Positions 1 through 12,668 of a stretch of DNA of 44,078 nucleotides are shown piece after piece. Each line of letters begins with the position of its first letter. Positions within the stretch are counted from its first letter, which is position 1. A model generated the notes under the pieces. The model made no database searches, was not told the origin of the DNA, and worked only from the letters and a program-made list of their open reading frames with translations. Origin of the DNA: Nemertoderma westbladi (Eukaryota; Animalia; Xenacoelomorpha); contig JAUCBJ010001599.1 in the NCBI GenBank assembly GCA_032718475.1, positions 1 through 44,078 on the forward strand, in the 5' to 3' direction. A program made the translations under genes and the position numbers.

Positions 1-1526
1 CATCTGCCCATCTATATTGAGTTTTGATGAATATTCAATTGGACTTTTACTGGCTTGTTACTGTAAAAGAAACGTTTGTGTTGCCTAATCTGCTATACCG
101 AATTTATGATATGAAATACTCTTAAAGTAATTTACCTTAATAATAATTTATTGTACGTATAAATAATTGTGTGGTTATAGAGATTGACAGCACGGTAGGG
201 CGCCTCCTAGCGGCTGATTAACTAAGTCATATATAATATATAAATAATTCAACAGTACATATGATATAACCATGATCACCGTTTATGATAACTCACAAAT
301 TGATTAAAAGCGCTACAATCATAAAGTTACAAATAGGTTATCCAAATATTTATGGAATATCCCGAGGGTACCGGGCCCATTCCACTGGGCGCCTTACAAA
401 TACTCTATGAGCATTGTGACTTCCAGACACACATTATGGCTTCTGACCTACAAAAACATACAAACATTTTGAAAACGGCCCTGGTCACATTATTACCGTT
501 CGCTGATGGCTCGTAGTTCTGCTGACTCGCCTAACCTATAGTAAAATCGGATGAAAAGGAAACACGAGAGAAACATAAAGTAAATTAGATTTAAGGACAA
601 CAAACTATGGAACGTGCGTTCGGCCTAATTGACCGACTCCGACAAACGATACGTCTGATAAGCTTTTCACCGATAAGTTCGCCACAACTCAGTGATTATT
701 AAGATAGTGTGCATCAGTCTCAATTACCGGCGTTTAATCGGGTTTCACTCGGTCGCTGAGCCGCTACGGGTGGTATCGGTATTAAAGGCGTCGCGGTGAG
801 TTCATCCGTGACTGGATGTTACCCCCAGAGCGAGCTGTGGTAAAAGGCTTCGCTTATAAATGAATGTACCCTGGGGTTAATTACAAGCAACTCTGGCCAC
901 ACCACTACTAGCTAGCTATGTGGAATCCTAATGAATTGCTTGCAGGGTTGGCGATCGAATGAGAAGTAGGATTCGAGACGTAGGAGTCGAGGATAGGAGA
1001 AGTAGGACAAAAATATTCCAGTAGATAATAGTTAATACGATAAGTAGAGCCAGGAGAGAGGAATAATGTGAAAGTGGGATAACAAAATGTACAATTTGGT
1101 TAAATACTAATGTAACTTGTTGTGATCTTTTATATAAATGTACAATTTTCAGATGGACAATTTTATGCCACACAGGGATGCAGCAACAAAAGGGAAGTCA
1201 GGCAAGGGATGCAAGACAAGAGATACCTGTAGAGACTCTTACGTTCTAGTACTGTATGTGGTGACGGGAGTGAAGGAGGATTACCGAAAACTACAGTATT
1301 TGGAGTCTGTCAGTCAGTTAGATATATTATTATGTACTGGTAGGACAGTCAGCTAGTATGATAGTACAGTAGTACGGTGCCAGTCAGAGTTATGTTATTC
1401 GGTCAGATATATGTTATTATTATCTTATTACATATTATATTAGATATGACTGTATGAAGATGAGGCATTATAAGCATTGTAAGATATAGTAAGATGTAAT
1501 ATATGTAAGATATAATAGAGGCATTG

Positions 1527-2576
1527 TAAGCCACGCAAGGGATATAGCAGTAAGGGATGTCATGCAAGGTAAGCCACGCAAGGGATAAGGCAACGGATGT
1601 CACGCAAGGTAAGCCACGCAAGGGGATAGCACGTAAGGGATGTCACGCAAGGTAAGCCACGCAAGGGATAAGGTAACGGATGTCACGCAAGAGAAGCCAC
1701 GCAAGCGGTAAAGAATGTCAGCAAGGTAAGCCACGCAAGGGGGTAGCACGTAAGGGATCTCACGCAAGATATGCCGCGCAAGGGATAACAGGTAAGGGAT
1801 GTCACGCAAGGTAAGTCACGCAAGGGATATAGCAGGTTAGGGATGTCATGCAAGGTAAGCCGCGCAAGGGATACGCAGGTAAGGGATGTCACGCAAGGTA
1901 AACCGCACAAGGGATAACAGGTAAGGGATGTCATGCAAGGTAAGCCGCACAAGGGATACGCAGGTAAGGGATGTCACGCAAGGTAAACCGCACAAGGGAT
2001 AACAGGTAAGGTATGTCACGCAAGGTAAGCCATACGCAAGGGACATAGCAGGTAAGGGATGTCATGCAAGGTAAGCCGCGCAAGGGATAAGCAGGTGAGG
2101 GATGTCATGCAAGGTAAGCCGCGCAAGGGATAAGCAGGTGAGGGATGTCACGCACGGTAAGCCACGCAAGGGATAGCAGGTAAGGGATGTCACGCAAGGT
2201 AAGCCACGCAAGGGGATAGCACGTAAGGTATGTCACGCAAGGTAAGCCACGCAAGGGATAAGCAGGTAAGGGATATCACGCAAGGTAAACCGCACAAGGG
2301 ATAACAGGTAAGGGATGTCACGCAAGATTAGCCCCCCATGGATAGCAGGTAACGGATGTCACGCAAGGTAAGCCACGCAAGGGATAGCAGATAAGGGATG
2401 TCACGCAAGGTAAGCCACGCAAGGGATAGCAGATAAGGGATGTCACGCACGGTAAGCCACGCAAGGGATAGCAGGTAAGGGATGTCACGCAAGATAAGCC
2501 ACGCAAGGAATAGCAAGTAAGGGATGTCACGCAAGGTAAGCCACGCAAGGGATTATCCCTTGCGTGGCTTACCTTG
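1527..2576. repeat. 42-43-bp minisatellite, ~24 copies, ending in an inverted partial unit
   Basis: Unit AAGCCACGCAAGGGATAGCAGGTAAGGGATGTCACGCAAGGT. Confidence 0.97.
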
Positions 2577-2917
2577 GGGCAAAATACTTTCAATACGGTG
2601 GAATTCGGCTGTCGACGATTGTGGGACGAGGGGTGGATCTGGATACAAGCGTAGTTCTCTTTGAACAAATCCCAAGAGTACCTGGAGTGTTGAGTAATGG
2701 AGATAGTAACACCTTGCTGTAGATATGGAGTACCAAACAGTCCGGGGGGCCCTATTTGAGGCATCGGTAGGGAAGGACTGTTAATGGTGCACTGCGTGAG
2801 ATGGCCCTATTAGAGCTCAGAAAATTGAACGAAATAAATTGTGCTAAATGGAAATAAATGCATGCAATGCACGTTGCCAGCAGCGATATTTTCAATTGGT
2901 AATGCAATATATATACG

Positions 2918-3110
2918 CAGCGGCGCAGTGGCGTAGTTGGTAGACGTTGGACTTGGAATCTCTAGGTGCCGAGTTCAGTTCCGGTGAATTTTATTCGTAG
3001 TAAGATTGGTAGTAAGCCATTCAAGGAGGAGACAATTCATGCGTTAGTAGACGCGGACCTATGAGCGATTTCGCGCTTGTTTAAATTGACCATAATAACA
3101 AAAAAAAATA
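2918..3110 (+). mobile_element. tRNA-derived SINE
   Basis: A-box TGGCGTAGTTGG, degenerate B-box GAGTTCAGTTCC, body GCGGACCTATGAGCGATTTCGCGCTTGTT shared with 27470-27603, and an A-rich end. Confidence 0.7.
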
Positions 3111-3199
3111 GTTAATTATTTAATATAGTTATCGAATCGATATGATGTTTAGTTTGAAATACATAAAAATAGCCTAGTTGACATATAAGAGGAACTCAC

Positions 3200-3450
3200 C
3201 TTAATTCGTCGACGACTCGAATTAACAGAAAGAAAGAATTCCTCCCCGCCCGTTTAGCCACGGAATCTTTGGTTAATTTAAATCGATTGTATCTGTAAAC
3301 TAATTTATCGACGAGATCAGCGGTAGTCAGGAACGACCGGTAGGTGGTCAGGAAAGCTTCGTAAAACACCATATCGTCCTTACTGGCGGAGCAAGCGTGC
3401 ACGATTAGGGCGTCCACCGGGCCCGCTGACAACCTCGGATTAGAGTCCAC
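3200..3450 (-). CDS. RAPGEF1: RAPGEF1/C3G-like exon, RasGEF N-terminal (REM) domain
   Basis: AGPVDALIVHA...FYEAFLTTYRSFLT..LVDKLVYRY...NSFFLLIRVVDEL is the C3G REM signature. Acceptor GTAG, donor AG|GTGAGT. Confidence 0.95.
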
Positions 3451-3958
3451 CTACACCGCGAGAGAGGCAAATATTAATTGATTTATTATCCAACAAGGAA
3501 GTTTCCCCTTGAACGATTTCACCCAACGAGTTCCCTGGTCAGTAAAGTTTTCTTTCATGCTCAAGGACTCGTATAATATTAATGGACATGGGATTACAGT
3601 TAATTATTGTCAGGGGAGATATTAAAATGTAGCTATGAATAATAATATAATGTCACAAGAACATGGATAGTTTAAGTTTGGTATTGTTAATTTTTTTTGA
3701 CAACATATTTAAATTAGATAATAATACAATAAAAGGGATTATACTATGGTCATTGGTGCAATATAGATAGGCTGATTCTTTGTCCAGCTGACGAGGTATC
3801 GGGGATTAGCAGCGCACTGGTCTCAGACTCAGACACCGAAACGCAACCATATTTTGTTGTGGGGTGCAAGACTCTAATATTTAATTCAATATGACAAGCC
3901 ACTTAGTCAGATGTCGGTACGGTTATCACATAATAATACAATGATCGTTTTTACTCGC

Positions 3959-4445
3959 CTTTTTTTCAAATATAAGATCGGGTGATACTGTAAGACGATC
4001 AAGGAGACTGATCTCGCCAAATGCAACCGCTTCCTCCCGAAAATCGACCGGTTGTGACCCGAGATGGGCTGGACTGCTGGGGGAGGGCTGCAGGGTAGCG
4101 TGAGAGGGTTCCGGGGTGCTGGGGGAGCAACTGGGCCATAGACGGAGTGGTAGATGCACCGGAGTGGATCCCGGGGGTAGCGGAGGGTGGTAGACAGAGT
4201 CGCTGAGTAGAACGGGGGGACAGCTCGGGGACACATCCAGTCGCGGGTGTAGGTTCGATCTACTGCTGGTGGTCATCGTTAACGGGGGGTGTGTGTTGGG
4301 TGACAGTGGGGTGCTCGGTGACAGCCGGAGTGCTGGGTGCTGACGCCCAATCGGCGACCGATCTCCGTACCCAATGTCGGGTGAAGTCGGACTGGTAGGT
4401 AAGTACGTCACAGGCTCCCCCGTGGAACTCTGTCGGCCTAACGAC
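3959..4445 (-). CDS. RAPGEF1: RAPGEF1/C3G-like exon, Ser/Pro-rich linker into the start of the REM domain
   Basis: Acceptor GCCCAG in phase 2. Ends ISLLDRLTVSPDLIFEKK at a GC donor AAG|GCGAGT in phase 0. Confidence 0.8.
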
Positions 4446-5580
4446 CTGGGCAATAAAATAAACTCATATAAATTACAATTCAAGGAATAATGTACGTTAA
4501 GTCGTAATTGACGTACCTACCCCAGGATTACTTCTTGGAACCCTGGACGATGGCAATTAGTTAATTAGAAACGCGGATTCCTTTCCTGTTATGTATCGGA
4601 TAATAAAAACAGACGGTATACTGGTGGGCTCCCAGCATGGATCCAGGACAACAGATCGTTAGTTAGGGGTTCATAGAATATCGGCAGCAAGTTGAGCCAC
4701 ATTAACGACATGTTTTGTTGAAGTCGCTTTTGCGATTTCATTCCCTGGCCTTAAATGCTATTCATTCTAATAAATAAAAACATTTGCCCACCCCAGCGAA
4801 CCTTGCATGCGAACAATAATTGCAAAACATAAGTAACCAAACCAACCTCCAAGGCCTTTATATCGTACACAACAAACGCTGATTTGAGCAACGGCTCAAC
4901 GACAATATGAACCGACCTTTAATTTCTCATACGCTGTAATTGCATTCAAACAATTTGTTTTTGAATCCAATTACTATGGAATTTTGCACGCGAACTAAGG
5001 CAGAATGCAAACATCATTTAAGTATGAAAAGACTGGGGATAGTTAATTATGTTAGAATTCTGGGACCAGTAATGAGAGGAACTTTCACTATTGGTTCTGT
5101 GACCTCGACCTCCTCGAGGAGTGAATGTGCTTTTAGCAAGGCTGACGCCATTATATGACAGCTCCCGTGAAATCATTCAAGACGTGGTTCGCTGATTTAC
5201 TATAGTCACGGGGCAACTCTGAGCGACAAGTCAATTATGCGTTACATATGTAGCCGCTTATTAACTGTAACAATTAATAAAATAAGGAACCGCTTATATT
5301 GAACATAGTCAATATAAGCGGCACACTATACTCGGCGGATTCGACTCTCTGCATCGCTATTGATTGACCCCACAGACAGGTCCACTAACCCCCTGTTAGA
5401 ACAGACACAATGGACTTCAGAAGAACGCCGAGATTGACCAATGACTGACCAAAAATAATTTTGGGATCTTAGATTCTAGGTGTTTCGGAATTGCACCATA
5501 ATTCATTGCACCCATGATCACACATCATTTCATCATGCTTCGGGGAGGCCCAGTTATTATCGCCCCCTCCTCGGCCCCCA

Positions 5581-5805
5581 GGGGCCACCCCCTGGGGGTT
5601 GCGGTTGGAGCGTTAGTTCACCAAAATGTTTCCATTTTTACCTTGCGTGACATCCCTTACCTGATATATCCCTTGCGTGGCTTGTCGTGCGTGACATCCC
5701 TTACCTGCTATCCCATGCGTGGCTTACCTTACGTGACATTCCCTGACCTGGGGCCATCCCCTGCCCTGGGGGGTTGCGGTTGGTGCGTTAGTTCACCAAA
5801 ATATT
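5581..5805. repeat. About 2.5 inverted units of the 42-bp minisatellite between two ~45-bp direct repeats
   Basis: 5638-5745 is the reverse complement of the 1527-2550 unit. It is flanked by CCCTGGGGGTTGCGGTTGGWGCGTTAGTTCACCAAAAT twice. Confidence 0.85.
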
Positions 5806-5827
5806 GCCTTTTTTACATACAACTTAC

Positions 5828-6483
5828 GGTGTAAGTGAGCCCTTCTTGGGTGGTAACATTGGCGGCTGGATTTCGCCTTGGGTGTACCGTCGTTCATAGA
5901 ACGACTCCTCCCTATGGTACAACGCGGCGGGATTCTCCTCTTGGTAGTCCCCAACCATGGCCAAGTATTCTAGAATATGTTTACGTTTCAACGGCAACTC
6001 GGGTGGGGTTTCAGAGTTCCGGTGGTCACAGGAAGGCACGCCAAGCGTCGCCAAGTCGATGTTATCGTACTGCGAGAACTTTCGACGGAAGGCCTTGCAA
6101 GGTATCGTCGGTGGGGGCGTGACGGAGCCGTCGGAAGGCCGGACGGACAGGGCATCGATTGGGAGTCGTTCCGCGGTAGGGGACCACTCAGTGGAGTCGG
6201 TCGCCGAGGAATCGGTTGTGGTAGTCGAAATCACGCTGATACGGTTACCGGAAGCCAAGGGATCAGCTGTGCTGGTCGCTAGCGGGTCCAGCGGGCCGGT
6301 CGTGAGAGAGTCTGGTGGGTCGGTCGCTAGACAGACGGAAGAGTCGACGCTCGGACTCCGAGGGAAGAGCGCGTCGGGGACATCGCCAGCTCTGGAGGAG
6401 AGCGCCACGGATAAAGAGGAGCGGTGCAGGGGAGGGGATACAAATCCGGCGGGTAAACCCGGAGATTCATTTACTGAGTCGGC
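5828..6483 (-). CDS. RAPGEF1: RAPGEF1/C3G-like exon, central proline-rich SH3-binding region
   Basis: Acceptor CTACAG, donor GTAAGT, phase 0-2. Contains SQYDNI, PPELPLKRKHILEYLAMVGDY and PPMLPPKK (Crk-SH3-type PxxPxK motifs). Confidence 0.92.
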
Positions 6484-7412
6484 CTGTAGGGGATACAATA
6501 TGATAGGAGTTAGCGAATTAGATTTAAATATTAAACATAAACTATAACTATTACGAATCAGTATTACATGATACGTAAATAGAAACGGTATCCTTATAGC
6601 AAGGTACTAATTAGTTATAAAGGAAATAGGAGCCAAGGAGAACGAGAGAGACACAACGGTCCGGTGAGTATATCATATCCACTTATTCAATCATACGCGG
6701 CACATAAATTTTAATGATTCGATGTCTAGCCTAGATGATGAATATTATGATCCCTGTTCAGCACTGCCCTGACAATATGATCAATCATCAAACATAGCTA
6801 CCATGTGAGATGTGATATTTCAGGCAACATAAATTAAACCAATTAAGTACCACGCAAATAATGGTGTTTGTTTAGTCTCGACTAGCTACAACGCAATAAG
6901 GTATTTGAAAATTGGGGATAACGGTAACGGAAATACATAATTAAATTGATTAGGAAGTTAGGATATGTGAGCAAAATGTAGGTAGTCTAGATGGTGTATG
7001 TGCGTGGGTGGGTGGGGGCGGTTCTGGGTTGGGTATATGGAGATAGAACAGGCAAAAACGAAATGGATGTGTTCGGTTATAATAATTACATGGAAAAATG
7101 TGTAAAAATACACTATAAAAAGGAAGTGCCAAAAGCCCACCCAGTACGTCAACAACATTGAGAGTAAAGATAAAACATAAAGATAGCGGTGAAAGTGAAA
7201 CCCAAAATACCAGCGACCTCCAGAAGGCTCCTCTCTCTTGGCTGTACCTGTAGGCGCCACACGAGCTCCTAAAGTCGGATACTCTCACTATCCAACCCTT
7301 TTCTTCAGAGTAAAAAATTTTCAAAACTTTTTTTTATATTCAAGGAAATAAATATAAAAGTTAATTAAAATACGATACATATCATTAAAGGATGAATAAG
7401 GTACACAGCAGT

Positions 7413-7691
7413 AACACGTTCGTGGGGCCTTCGCGTAGCACGAGAGCCTATATTAGAAAGTACATTATAGTAATCTCTATTAGATATACGAAAACCCAAA
7501 TATATATGAGTGAAGCCGATGCTATCAGTTTGTGATAAACTAGTTGTAAAAACAGAAATCCATTTCAGTTTGCCCTTCCTTACACACTTTAACTATAATT
7601 TAAAAACCTTCTAACTAGGGCTATTTGAGTTAAGTATGACATCTTTAGTTTTACAATACTCTTCTCCTTCATTAGCCTCCTTGCGCTCGTC
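7413..7691 (+). mobile_element. ~280-bp dispersed repeat, copy 1 (class unknown)
   Basis: Runs from ACACGTTCGTGGGGCCTTCGCGTAGCACGAG to CTTCATTAGCCTCCTTGCGCTCGTC and is colinear with 26872-27146. The same head occurs at ~39271 and ~40891. Confidence 0.75.
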
Positions 7692-8349
7692 ATGTTAAAC
7701 AGCTGTTAATGGCACCCATATGCTAAGGCTTCGCTCACTTCGTGGATCGCCCCACAATGGCAACGCTATTCTGTCACCATTTTTTATGCCGCTTTGTGTG
7801 AAAATGATCCAGCTTCTTGTATAATTAGATCACCCGTGCAGCTATACACCGCATAGCTGCACGCGGTTTATTTGTAAACAGCATTATATATTAGTTAATG
7901 CTACCTGATGCAGCTGATAATACGAATACAGATTCAGCTGCATGAGCTGTGCAGCAGCTACGCCGATGTCTGCCAAATATACCTTTTACAATACAGATGC
8001 AACAACTCGTGCAGCAACGTGTAGCATCGATACTGGGCGGGGGTGGGCGGCTGGAAGCAAATTTCACCTCGGCGGCTTAATATCTCGTCTCGTAACAATG
8101 TTCATTTACCAATTAAGGGAGCCGGAACGTTATTCTCAAGAAATCAATAGTGTCACTTTGTCAAGGGGGGAGGGAAGGCATAAGACACCTGACAGGTACA
8201 AATTAAGGGGGGACATTTTGACTGAAGTCGGTGCAGTATTGTTGAGGGTTGACTTTCCCTAAACCCAGAGAGAACGGTTTATATTATTTAGAACGCAATA
8301 TTGAAACAAATATAATTTAAAATTCTTATGTATACTATTTAGGACGTAC

Positions 8350-8515
8350 CTGATTGGTATTGGATGTAGTGGTTGGGCGAATACCGACAGATATGCTACG
8401 GTAGGTCCGATGAGATGACCAATCAGCAGGCAGGTACGGTTTGGGTGGCGGAGTGTCGGAATCTGAAGGATCAACCGATGTAATCAAGGTGCTTGGAAAC
8501 GAGGTGCGATTCGCC
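8350..8515 (-). CDS. RAPGEF1: RAPGEF1/C3G-like exon with proline-rich motif TPPPKPYLP
   Basis: Acceptor TTTCCAG, donor CAG|GTACGT, phase 2-0. Carries a PPKPxLP motif as in C3G. Confidence 0.8.
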
Positions 8516-8717
8516 CTGGAAACAAATAATATGTATTCAATTTTTGAAAACGAAACGTTGTGTGGCCGACATAATATTGACATCCAGGTAATTAATTATC
8601 TGTGAAGTATGTGGGCTTAGCATACATGTACCACTCCTTCAACCGTAGTCTGTCCGGTCAGTTTAGGCCAAGCTTCAAATTTTAATGAAATTAAACCAAA
8701 CTTAGTACATGTAGTGT

Positions 8718-9378
8718 CAGGGGCGGATTAAGGACTAAGGACATGGCGGCCCGGGTGCACTTTTCCACTGCTCCCCCCCCCCCCCCACCCCTGTTTTGAC
8801 TGAGTTTGAGTTAGATATTTATTATAAGTCTCAGTATAATATTGAAAAAACAATCAAAGTTTACTCGAAGTGCGCCTTTGTAGCTTTCCGACTAGCAAAG
8901 TCCGCCACAATTTCGACGAACTCCATTTCGCGCAGCATGTCTCGCTCCATGCTCATCACTGCATGTTGAGGCGCGTCTAGCTCATAACTGACCGCAGCAC
9001 TGACTTTAATACGCCCCCACCTTAAAGACTTTAATATCTTTGAAAAGTTTCTATTTGTTTCTGCCACTACGAGCTGACTGTTTCACCCCATGTAAAAAGA
9101 AATAGATGTTCTGGAATGAATATTTATGACATGGGTGATGGGCTAGTAGATATAAATAACGATAGATAATAGCATTTTTGTTACAAGCCATATAGGTGAT
9201 TTAATAACAAAATGGTTTGTAAGTGGCTTATTCCGTTAAAAAATAATGCAATAAATAATGTTGAAAATAATTTATTTTATATATTATATTGCCAAGGTGC
9301 CTGCGGCACCTTGGCAACAAAAGCACCTGGCGGCCCGGGTGCACCTGCACCCATTGCACCCCCCTTAATACGCCCCTG
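8718..9378 (-). mobile_element. Internally deleted hAT (Tip100-like) DNA transposon
   Basis: TIRs CAGGGGCGGATTAAGG / CCTTAATACGCCCCTG and 8-bp TSD tgtagtgt/cgtagtgt. Remnant of the transposase C-terminus (RNFSKIL...SMERDMLREMEFVEIVADFASRK) at 8861-9067. Confidence 0.88.
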
Positions 9379-10659
9379 CGTAGTGTGTCGAATAGTCTAA
9401 AGTCTGAAATATAACTCCCGGGGAATCAGCAGTTCCCCAGTCTCCCGCCTGAGCGCGACTACGCAACGGTTGAAATAGTTCTACCGGTATGCTAAACTTG
9501 CTTACTTCAACCTACGTGACATTCTCACGGAGATGTTAGCCAGTATAGCCAGCCACTCATTAAATAAAAATACTGGCTGTTGGGGCGTGTTTTCGCTTGT
9601 CCTCGTTAACGTCCTTTTCCTTTTCCATGCCTTTATAATTAAATAGTATTCCAAAAGTTACACAGGCGAGAAAACTTGTATACTGTACTTCACGTGGGTC
9701 AATAATTTTTATTTTTATTTTTGCTTTTATTCTAAAGCTACAAGCGTTTACAAACGTGTCTGATGATATTTCACCAGTTACACCACAGTTACTCTTCAAC
9801 CTTATAGAGCCTTGTTGGTGCGTTGGAAAGGTAACATTGCAAGAATTCCAAATGTGTGAAAGACAGCGCAAAACCACCGAGGGAAGGAACTAATACCTAA
9901 CCTAAAGTGCAATAAATAAGGTATTAACACAAGGTACAATCGTTGTGTTTTTATAAATTTAATAACAATAAACATAAAATAGCCTCATCCAAATGCAGAA
10001 AATTAGACGTTCTGTAATCCAATTTTTAGGCCAGAATTAGGTGATGATAGTACTATTATTCGAAAAAACAAATATACAGAAAACACCGATTTTTTGAGTT
10101 TTACACGAGTTGGCAAGTTTTTAGCACGAGCGAAGCGAGTGTTAAAATGCAAACGAGTGGAAAACTCAACACACGAAGACAGAATACCTGAATTTCGCTA
10201 ACGAAAATGAGTGAAAAACCGTGTTTTTTTTTACTCCTTTTGAAAAAAAGTATCACCAGCGTTATAACTGTACCTTTGGATTTCTTAAGCAGAAGCGAAT
10301 TACCACGAAACACCCCAAAGGATAAGAAAAGACCCCAAAATAGTTCAAAAATACCCCCAAAAACGGTTACCTGTTCCGTTCCCTTACCAGCTTGCAGTTA
10401 ACAAATAAGGTATTTTCGAACTGTTTTGGGGTAGTTTGATGTATTCTGGGGTATTTTTGGTAATTAGTAGGACCTAAATTTCCCGAAAAACGTTGCGTCA
10501 TCATCCTCATTCAAATTGTATCGAGCACGTCAAAAGCGTCAAGAAGGATGTAGTTACCGGTACTTCTCGCTGCCATTCTGTATAATTCATTTTCTTAATG
10601 AGTTAGGTGTATGCTGAAAAATTAATTAAGAATAAGAAGTAAAAATTAGTGAAGAAAGT

Positions 10660-10890
10660 CTTTTCTTAACTAATTTTTTACTTTTCTTAACTAATTTTTT
10701 ACTTTTCTTAACTAATTTTTTACTTTTCTTAACTAATTTTTTACTATTCTTAACTAATTTTTTACTTTTCTTAACTAATTTTTTACTTTTCTTAACTAAT
10801 TTTTTTACTTTTCTTAACTAATTTTTTACTTTTCTTAACTAATTTTTAACTAACTTTTCTTAACTAATTTTTTACTTTTCTTAACTAATT
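10660..10890. repeat. 21-bp minisatellite, ~11 copies
   Basis: Unit CTTTTCTTAACTAATTTTTTA. Confidence 0.95.
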
Positions 10891-11480
10891 TCTGGAAAAT
10901 TAGTGAAACAATATTAGATTAATTCACTCATTTTTAAAAATATTAGTGAGAAAAGGGATTTTTAAAATAAAGTTTATTTCAATTTTAAAACCTTATCACG
11001 CAAACGTATTGTCCACTTCCCTTTCCCAAACAGGATACAGCACATGTATGTATATATGCCTAGATATGTGTGGGAGTTACGTATATTAATCACGAACGGC
11101 GGAAACGAAACACCAGGCCAATCGAACAACAATCCAACATAATTATTAGCCACGCCCATCACATAAATATACTCAATCAATTATCCGCGATTGTTGGACT
11201 ATATCATCTACTTACAGAAATGGGCGGGGCAGTGTATGATCCCATGGATATTGAATATGCAACATGTTATGTGACAATAAATTGTATGCATTAATTTAAA
11301 ATCATATGGAATAAAATTAAAATTGAATGAATTAAAATAAAGTTAGTATATTATACAGCCGAATATGACTATGAAATAAAATATCATTGTATTATTTATC
11401 TCGGATAGTTAATTGAATTTAGTGTGTTTCAACTTTAAAGTACAGAAAAGAACATCCGCGTACGAAAGGAATAACTGCTA

Positions 11481-12668
11481 ACGCTTACAGGTACAGCAAG
11501 TTAGTGCAGCAGCAAACATCGGTTGGCTGCACCACGCTTACAGCAGGTTAGTGCAGCAGCACACATCGGTTGGCTGCACCACGCTTACAGCAGGTTAGTG
11601 CAGCAGCACACATTGGTTGGCTGCACCACGCTTACAGCAGGTTAGTGCAGCAGCAAACATCGGTTGGCTGCACCACGCTTACAGCAGGTTAGTGCAGCAG
11701 CACACATCGGTTGGCTGCACCACGCTTACAGCAGGTTAGTGCAGCAGCACACATCGGTTGGCTGCACCACGCTTACAGCAGGTTAGTGCAGCAGCACACA
11801 TCGGTTGGCTGCACCACGCTTACAGCAGGTTAGTGCAGCAGCACACATTGGTTGGCTGCACCACGCTTACAGCAGGTTAGTGCAGCAGCAAACATCGGTT
11901 GGCTGCACCACGCTTACAGCAGGTTAGTGCAGCAGCACACATCGGTTGGCTGTACCACGCTTACAGCAGATTAGTGCAGCAGCACACATCGGTTGGCTGC
12001 ACCACGCTTACAGCAGGTTAGTGCAGCAGCACACATCGGTTGGCTGCACCACGCTTACAGCAGGTTAGTGCAGCAGCACACATCGGTTGGCTGCACCACG
12101 CTTACAGCAGGTTAGTGCAGCAGCAAACATTGGTTGGCTGCACCACGCTTACAGCAGGTTAGTGCAGCAGCAAACATTGGTTGGCTGCACCGCGCTTACA
12201 GCAGGTTAGTGCAGCAGCAAACATTGGTTGGCTGCACCACGCTTACAGCAGGTTAGTGCAGCAGCACACATCGGTTGGCTGCACCACGCTTACAGCAGGT
12301 TAGTGCAGCAGCACACATCGGTTGGCTGCACCACGCTTACAGCAGGTTAGTGCAGCAGCAAACATTGGTTGGCTGCACCACGCTTACAGCAGGTTAGATC
12401 AGCAGCAAACATCGGTTGGCTGCACCACGCTTACAGCAGGTTAGTGCAGCAGCAAACATTGGTTGGCTGCACCACGCTTACAGCAGGTTAGATCAGCAGC
12501 ACACATCGGTTGGCTGCACCACGCTTACAGCAGGTTAGTGCAGCAGCACACATCGGTTGGCTGCACCACGCTTACAGCAGGTTAGTGCATCAGCAAACAT
12601 CGGTTGGCTGCACCACGCTTACAGCAGGTTAGTGCAGCAGCAAAGATTGGTTGGCTGCACCACGCTTA
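11481..12668. repeat. 47-bp minisatellite, ~25 copies
   Basis: Unit ACGCTTACAGCAGGTTAGTGCAGCAGCACACATCGGTTGGCTGCACC. Confidence 0.98.

Noticed and set aside
497-535. Possible next RAPGEF1 exon after the REM exon
   Set aside because: AG and GT sites exist, but the translation (LGESAELRAISER) shows no similarity to the expected C3G continuation.
2918-2990. Functional tRNA gene
   Set aside because: The B-box is degenerate, the acceptor stem is poor, and it continues into a body shared with another SINE copy.
5835-6547. Plus-strand ORFs of 62-196 aa
   Set aside because: These are antisense shadows of the GC-rich RAPGEF1 exon.
7212-7248. Possible small RAPGEF1 exon
   Set aside because: At 37 nt it would shift the frame, and the flanking exons already join in phase 0.
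8718-9378. This element or 33257-34018 as the source of the 5-bp footprints, since both end CAG...CTG
   Set aside because: Both have 8-bp TSDs. No CAG...CTG element with a 5-bp TSD was found in the window.
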